Shown: piece by piece, positions 59,002-64,000 of the stretch | Layout: the number at the start of each line of letters is the position of its first letter | Numbering within the stretch: the first letter of the stretch is position 1 | Assembly (NCBI GenBank): GCA_942492625.1 | Contig: CALOFM010000003.1 | Span: 3,659-67,658 of the forward strand | Source: an uncultured Gammaproteobacteria bacterium | GTDB lineage: Bacteria > Pseudomonadota > Gammaproteobacteria > Chromatiales > Chromatiaceae | DNA length: 64,000 nucleotides | Direction: 5' to 3' | Program-made: the position numbers and the translations under genes | Notes under the pieces: model-generated | Told to the model about the DNA's origin: nothing | Database searches by the model: none | Seen by the model: only the letters and a program-made list of their open reading frames with translations

Positions 59002-59808
59002 TCACCGAGCGGGCAGGTCTTTGACGAGACGGTCGATCGCAGACAGGTATTGCGAAAAGCCCCTCATGAAGATGTCATTGTGATTGGCGCCGGGAATCTT
59101 GAGCAATTGCTTTTGAGCCGCAGGGGATGAGTCGTAAAGAAGCTGGCCATCGGAAAAGGGGATGATGTGATCGTATTCCGCATGGATGATCAACGTGGGT
59201 TTGTTGAACCGCGCGATCTTGTCGGTATTCCGAAAACCCTGTTTCTCCTCGAATCCAAGTGATTCTGCGTCAACGCCCAGTAGTCTGAGCAGGGGGCCGG
59301 CAAGTGCGAATCCGCTCTCGATGACGAGGGCGTCGATATCCTCGCCGCAGCGGGATGCCAGCTCAAGCGCGGGGGCGCTGCCGAGGGATCGTCCCATGAC
59401 GATCAGTGGGCCGTGATAGCCATTGCGAGCCAGCCAATCCCGTGTGTAGTCGAATATGACATGACAGTCCTGCATCATATGCGTAACTGTCGGCTCGCCG
59501 TTGGAACGGCCATAGCCCCTGTAATCGACGGGTAGAAAATTGATTCCCATCCGGTTGTACAAAGGGCCGAGATCGTCATAATCGGATACGATTTCACCAT
59601 TGCCGTGAAAAAAGAGAATGTTCGCGCCATTCTTGTCGATCAGGTGAAATCTAGCCCCGACGAAAATATCCGTTGCAACGGGGATGGAAATATGTTCGCC
59701 GGGACCCGAGCTCCCCGCCGTAGCGCTTTCGGAGCGGGGATGGAACAGAAACATGAGGACCTCAGGCCTGTCCAATACACTGAAGTATGTACTTGATCTT
59801 TCGGTCAT
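59002..59808 (-). CDS. Alpha/beta hydrolase
   Basis: FHGNGE, DYRGYG, nucleophile GRSLG, HAEYD, ANHND. Confidence 0.92.
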   Translation of the reverse strand: MTERSSTYFSVLDRPEVLMFLFHPRSESATAGSSGPGEHISIPVATDIFVGARFHLIDKNGANILFFHGNGEIVSDYDDLGPLYNRMGINFLPVDYRGYGRSNGEPTVTHMMQDCHVIFDYTRDWLARNGYHGPLIVMGRSLGSAPALELASRCGEDIDALVIESGFALAGPLLRLLGVDAESLGFEEKQGFRNTDKIARFNKPTLIIHAEYDHIIPFSDGQLLYDSSPAAQKQLLKIPGANHNDIFMRGFSQYLSAIDRLVKDLPAR

Positions 59809-59862
59809 GGTATTTCCCGGTGTCGAGGTGAATAGGGGCAGGAACTTGCGAGAATCTAGCGG

Positions 59863-60573
59863 CTAGCGGTTGTACCAAGCACGCATCGTTTCCAGCGAAT
59901 GGCGGTAATGGTATTGGATTTGTGGGAGGCCGTAGCGGTGCTCCGGGAACTTGGGGCAGGCCAGGCGTGCAAGACAGCGGTCGACGCACGGAGATCCGAG
60001 ACTGAGCCGGTGTCGCGCACATCCGTCGGAATCGAAGGCGTCCGTTCGAACCGCACCTGCCGGACAAGCCGCGATGCACTGCTTGGCAGCGCAGGCATCA
60101 CAGGGAGGAGACGCGGCAGCCTCGCGTGTCGGAGCCAGCTCCGCATCCGTCAGGAATGCGGCACGGTAGGCGAACCAAACGCCGTAGACGGGGCTGATGC
60201 CGGTTCCCAGCAGCGAAGGGAAGCTCCAGCCCGCAGCTTCACCCATCTGCTGCAGCGGGACCAGGTACGGGGTAACCGGATAGAGCCACAGCACCCGTGA
60301 ATCGTCCAAGTAATCGCGGATGAACCGGCCTGTAAGAGTCTGGCTGTAGCGGTCGACGGGGTCAGGCGGCATCATCTCGCCTTCTTGGAGCTTCTCCCAC
60401 ATGCGCCGTCCGCCGTGTCCGATTAGCACCAGTCGGCGGTAGTCGGTCAAGGGTACTCCCGACCCCGCAATCAGGTGCTTAGTCTGATCCGGCAGCTCAT
60501 GCACATCCAGGGCCGAGACCAGATTCAATCCTCCCGCTGCCAGGAATCGAATGCCGTCGTCAAGGTTCACCAT
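59863..60573 (-). CDS. Fe-S protein resembling QueG/reductive-dehalogenase ferredoxin domain
   Basis: GISPVYGVWFAYRAA, CDAC...CIAACP, C..RCLARLACP. Confidence 0.7.
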   Translation of the reverse strand: MVNLDDGIRFLAAGGLNLVSALDVHELPDQTKHLIAGSGVPLTDYRRLVLIGHGGRRMWEKLQEGEMMPPDPVDRYSQTLTGRFIRDYLDDSRVLWLYPVTPYLVPLQQMGEAAGWSFPSLLGTGISPVYGVWFAYRAAFLTDAELAPTREAAASPPCDACAAKQCIAACPAGAVRTDAFDSDGCARHRLSLGSPCVDRCLARLACPKFPEHRYGLPQIQYHYRHSLETMRAWYNR

Positions 60574-60831
60574 AGCCCTTATTCTTATTGTATAGCTTGA
60601 TGAGCCGGATGAAGTGGAACGAGCCATTGCGCGGCTGGACAGATCCATCTAGGGAAGGTATGAAATGGTGAGAAACGCGTATTTGCCGAGGCTGAGCCCG
60701 CCGCCGCCCGAGTCGCGGGTGCTGTCCCTGAAGCGCCGGAAACTTCTGCTTAGCCCTGACGCATCTACCTGATAAGAGGGTTGACGCGAACTTTTTGCGG
60801 TGGCTGATCTCTTATCCTGGATTCGACAGCT

Positions 60832-60860
60832 CAACCAACAAGGACACGAAGAGCACGAGG
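60832..60860. repeat. Short dispersed repeat upstream of htpX
   Basis: CAACCAACAAGGACACGAAGAGCACGAGG, similar to the reverse complement of 13832-13863. Confidence 0.5.
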
Positions 60861-60968
60861 GACGTTGGGATCCCAAAACGAGGCTCAAGACGCTTTTCTT
60901 CAAATCAATAACCTCGTCCGCTGCGAGCGGTACAGAGAACCATCCATCCAACCGCGGAGACTTTTCCA

Positions 60969-61823
60969 ATGCGCATTCTCTTGTTCCTGGCTACCAACAT
61001 CGCGGTGATGTTCGTGCTGTTCATTGTGATGAACCTGCTCGGCATCGATCCGCGGAGCATGACCGGCATCATCGTGATGGCGGCGGTATTCGGCTTCGGC
61101 GGCTCTCTGATCTCGCTGTTCATGTCCAAGTCCGTGGCCAAACGTGCCATGGGAGTGCGTATCATCGAGCAACCCGCGACACCCTTCGAGCAGCGGTACG
61201 TCGAAGTGGTGCAGCGCCAGGCCCAGGTCGCCGGCATCCAGATGCCTGAGATCGGAATCTTCGACTCGCCGGATCCGAACGCCTTCGCCACCGGATGGAA
61301 CCGTAACGACGCGCTGGTGGCGGTCAGCACAGGGCTGCTCCAGGCCATGAATAGGGACGAGGTCGAGGCGGTCATCGGGCACGAGGTCAGCCATGTGGCC
61401 AATGGGGACATGGTAACCCTTGCCCTGCTGCAGGGCGTGCTCAACACCTTCGTGATCGTGTTGGCCAGAGTCATCGGCGGCGTTGTCGACTCTATGTTGC
61501 GTGGCAGCCAGCAGAGCTCCGGTCCCGGGATCGGCTATTTCGTGGTCTCGATGATCGCCGAGGTGCTGCTGTCCTTCCTGGCCACCATGATCGTCATGTG
61601 GTTCTCCCGCTACCGTGAGTTCCGAGCTGACGAGGGCGGCGCGAGCCTCACCAGCCGACACCAGATGGCAAACGCCCTGCGGGCGTTGCAGCGCGGTGCC
61701 GAGCCCAGGGACCTTCCAGCGGGAGAGATGGCGGCATTCGGAATTTCCGGCAAGATCGGCAGTCTGTTCTCCAGCCACCCGCCGTTGGAGGATCGCATCG
61801 CGGCACTGGAGGGCAGGAGCTAG
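60969..61823 (+). CDS. htpX: Membrane zinc protease HtpX
   Basis: MRILLFLATNIAV, PNAFATG, HEVSHVANGDMVT, SRYREFRAD, SHPPLEDRI. Confidence 0.96.
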   Translation: MRILLFLATNIAVMFVLFIVMNLLGIDPRSMTGIIVMAAVFGFGGSLISLFMSKSVAKRAMGVRIIEQPATPFEQRYVEVVQRQAQVAGIQMPEIGIFDSPDPNAFATGWNRNDALVAVSTGLLQAMNRDEVEAVIGHEVSHVANGDMVTLALLQGVLNTFVIVLARVIGGVVDSMLRGSQQSSGPGIGYFVVSMIAEVLLSFLATMIVMWFSRYREFRADEGGASLTSRHQMANALRALQRGAEPRDLPAGEMAAFGISGKIGSLFSSHPPLEDRIAALEGRS

Positions 61824-61834
61824 TGCGGCATCAG

Positions 61835-64000
61835 CTACGGCCGCCCGAGCATGAAGTAGCCGGTGGATTCCCCGTCATCGCCGATGCCAAATCCGAGATA
61901 GGTGGGTCCAAGCCAGGTATCGGCGCCGAGAAAGATGCTGCTACCGAAACGCGTTTGGGCCTTCGTCAGGAAGTCCAACGTATCGTCGATCGCGCCGACC
62001 TCGAGCGAGCCACCGAGGTAGATGCCCCGCCCCAACGGGGGCGTCAGAGCTGCGAGCTGGCGATAATAGATCAGCCCGCCGAACGCGACCTGATTGCCCC
62101 GGAACTGCTCGTTGGCGTAGCCGGAGAGGTCCTGAAAGCCACCCAGGGTGAACTGGTCGTAGTATGGCATGTCGCTGCCGAAACTGGAGCCGAGCCGCGC
62201 CCTCCCGACCAGGGTGTTCTTGCCGAAGCTCTTGGCACCTGTCCAGTTACCGGACAAGCGATTGTATCTGACGTCTGCCCCTAGATCGATTTGCGGTGAG
62301 AACAGATCCAAGGCAAGGCGAGAGCCGCTACGCGGCACATAGCGGCTGTCGAGCGTATCCCACCGGAGTCTGGCGCGCAGTCCCGACTCGTTGTTGCTAC
62401 CCTCGCGGACGGGGAGCTGTCCCGTGTCGAGCTCGGTCTTGGCATTTCCGAGGAACGCGCCGATTCGCAGCTCCGCTCGTTCGTCGAACAGGGTGCTCCC
62501 GAAATCCAGCCCGACCGCGCTGCGCGTGAGGTCATAGCGCGCGATTCGTTGAGACCCCTCGAAGACGCTGATCGGGTTGCGCGCGACTTGCAGGTAGGGT
62601 GCGACGAAGCCTGTACGGTCGAGCCTCAGCGGCTGATACAGCTCCGAGAGGAACTCCAGCTCGTTACCGATCTGCACCGATGTCAGCCATTCGCCGCCGA
62701 GCGCGTTGAGCCAGGTGCGGCGATAGCTTCCGCGCAGGCCAAAGCGGTTGTCGCCGACGAAGTCGCTGCGGAAGCCGAGTCCGAAGCTCAGATAACCGGG
62801 TCCCCAAGACTTCTCCAGCGCGTCGACGATGACCAGGTTTCGACCGGAAGCGCTGTCGATTCGATAGCTGATACGCTCGAAATCGCCGCGGCCGTATAAG
62901 TCCTGGATGTCGGATTCCAGTTGGTGCCGATCCAGTGTCTTTCCCTCTTGATTCTCGATCAGCGGCTCGAACAGGGCCGTATTGATCCGATCGGCGCCGA
63001 CGATGCGCACCTCGTCCACCTTGCCGGTCGCTTGCGGCGGGCTCGGCAGGCCAGCCCGCCAGGCGGCGTATGCGTCTGGACTGACGCTTAGGTGAGCGAA
63101 GCGAGGTGCGGCAGCCCGGGCCGCCAGTTCGCCGGCAGCGATGGCGTCGGCGGCGCGCTTGAAGCTGCCGGAGCCGATATCACCCAGATCCGGCTGGATC
63201 AGAACGTCTCTGCTTCGGTCGATCGCGGCCAGCGAGCGCTTGACGTTCTGCTCCGTGAGGATCGCGACCATCTGCCCCATGACCCCGACAACGGTCTGCA
63301 ACTGATCACGCGGCAGGTAGGTGCTGCCCACGTTGACGGCGATCACCAGGTCCACGCCCATGTGCCGCGCCACGTCCACCGGCAGGTTCCTGACCAGCGC
63401 GCCGTCCACATAGAGCCGGTCGTCGATTTCGACCGGCGTAAAGAACCCGGGCAACGACATGCTTGCGCGCATCGCCTGCGGCAACGAGCCGTCCGAGAAT
63501 ATGCGCATTTCGCCGTTCTCCAAATCGGTTGCAATGGCGCGGTAGGGGATCGGCAGATCGTCGAAGCTCTCCACGAGATCCCCCCCTTTGACCAAATCGG
63601 CGAAGAACAGCTCGATCTTTTGTCCGGCCAACGCCCCCTTGGGCAACGTCGGCCGGCCGTCGCTTACGCCGACCGTGAAGTCCCACGCCGGCCGCTCGGT
63701 GGCGTCCTTGCGGCGCATCGGCCATTTGGCGCGCGGCGGCTCATCGACGAACAGGTCGTCCCAGTCCGCGCTGGTCAGCTCGCTCTCGAGCGTATCGACA
63801 TCGACCCCGCTGGAGTAAGCGCCGCCGACCACGGCTCCCATGCTGGTGCCGGCGATGGCCGTGATCGGGATGCGCATCTCCTCCAGTACCTTCAGCACGC
63901 CCACATGGGCCGCGCCGCGGGCACCACCTCCGCTGAGGACCAGGCCGATGCGCGGGTGTTTCGGCTGCTCCGCGAATACCGGTAGGGTCAGAATACAGAG
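61835..64000 (-). CDS. Patatin-like phospholipase fused to POTRA/Omp85 barrel (PlpD, type Vd-like); 5' end outside the window
   Basis: GLVLSGGGARG (63910-63950), GTSMG, RASMS.PG, DGA, then POTRA-like and barrel strands ending YFMLGRP. Confidence 0.9.
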   Translation of the reverse strand, partial: LCILTLPVFAEQPKHPRIGLVLSGGGARGAAHVGVLKVLEEMRIPITAIAGTSMGAVVGGAYSSGVDVDTLESELTSADWDDLFVDEPPRAKWPMRRKDATERPAWDFTVGVSDGRPTLPKGALAGQKIELFFADLVKGGDLVESFDDLPIPYRAIATDLENGEMRIFSDGSLPQAMRASMSLPGFFTPVEIDDRLYVDGALVRNLPVDVARHMGVDLVIAVNVGSTYLPRDQLQTVVGVMGQMVAILTEQNVKRSLAAIDRSRDVLIQPDLGDIGSGSFKRAADAIAAGELAARAAAPRFAHLSVSPDAYAAWRAGLPSPPQATGKVDEVRIVGADRINTALFEPLIENQEGKTLDRHQLESDIQDLYGRGDFERISYRIDSASGRNLVIVDALEKSWGPGYLSFGLGFRSDFVGDNRFGLRGSYRRTWLNALGGEWLTSVQIGNELEFLSELYQPLRLDRTGFVAPYLQVARNPISVFEGSQRIARYDLTRSAVGLDFGSTLFDERAELRIGAFLGNAKTELDTGQLPVREGSNNESGLRARLRWDTLDSRYVPRSGSRLALDLFSPQIDLGADVRYNRLSGNWTGAKSFGKNTLVGRARLGSSFGSDMPYYDQFTLGGFQDLSGYANEQFRGNQVAFGGLIYYRQLAALTPPLGRGIYLGGSLEVGAIDDTLDFLTKAQTRFGSSIFLGADTWLGPTYLGFGIGDDGESTGYFMLGRP

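Noticed and set aside
7680-61320. Several GCTGGTGG (E. coli Chi) octamers
   Set aside because: They fall on common Leu-Val codon pairs; enrichment cannot be shown by eye and the Chi sequence of this organism is unknown.

Overview
GC-rich chromosomal window from a sulfur-oxidising gammaproteobacterium, probably Chromatiaceae-like (inferred from a complete reverse-dsr operon in the Allochromatium order dsrABEFHCMKLJOPNRS at 26.2-40.8 kb). The right half is mostly core genome: L,D-transpeptidase, rlmKL, recCBD, a TetR/peroxiredoxin pair, htpX and a patatin-Omp85 protein. The left half is accessory and holds three candidates. (1) 1.4-3.7 kb: five small secreted proteins next to an IS66 remnant; three carry curlin-like 11-residue Q-x-G-x-x-N repeats with an unusually polar Asn/Thr core, and no csgEFG is present in the window. 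(2) 16.6-23.2 kb: a lasso-peptide cluster (RRE, B2 peptidase, cyclase, HPr-kinase-like enzyme, two methyltransferases including a PRMT-like enzyme with an RRE-like tail, and an S26-fold peptidase with Cys in place of Ser). Its precursor is hidden by a frameshift; the reconstructed core is SGSKARERKGQNAGSKMNPNKRS. (3) 23.3-25.7 kb: an orphan cas6 with no array or other cas genes in the window, in a gene string divergent from dsrA together with a Cys-less DsrC/TusE homologue. Several reading-frame breaks are extra G bases in G-runs and 19477-19700 is poly-G degraded, so some apparent pseudogenes may be sequencing or assembly errors. All calls come from manual motif reading; no database search was run.
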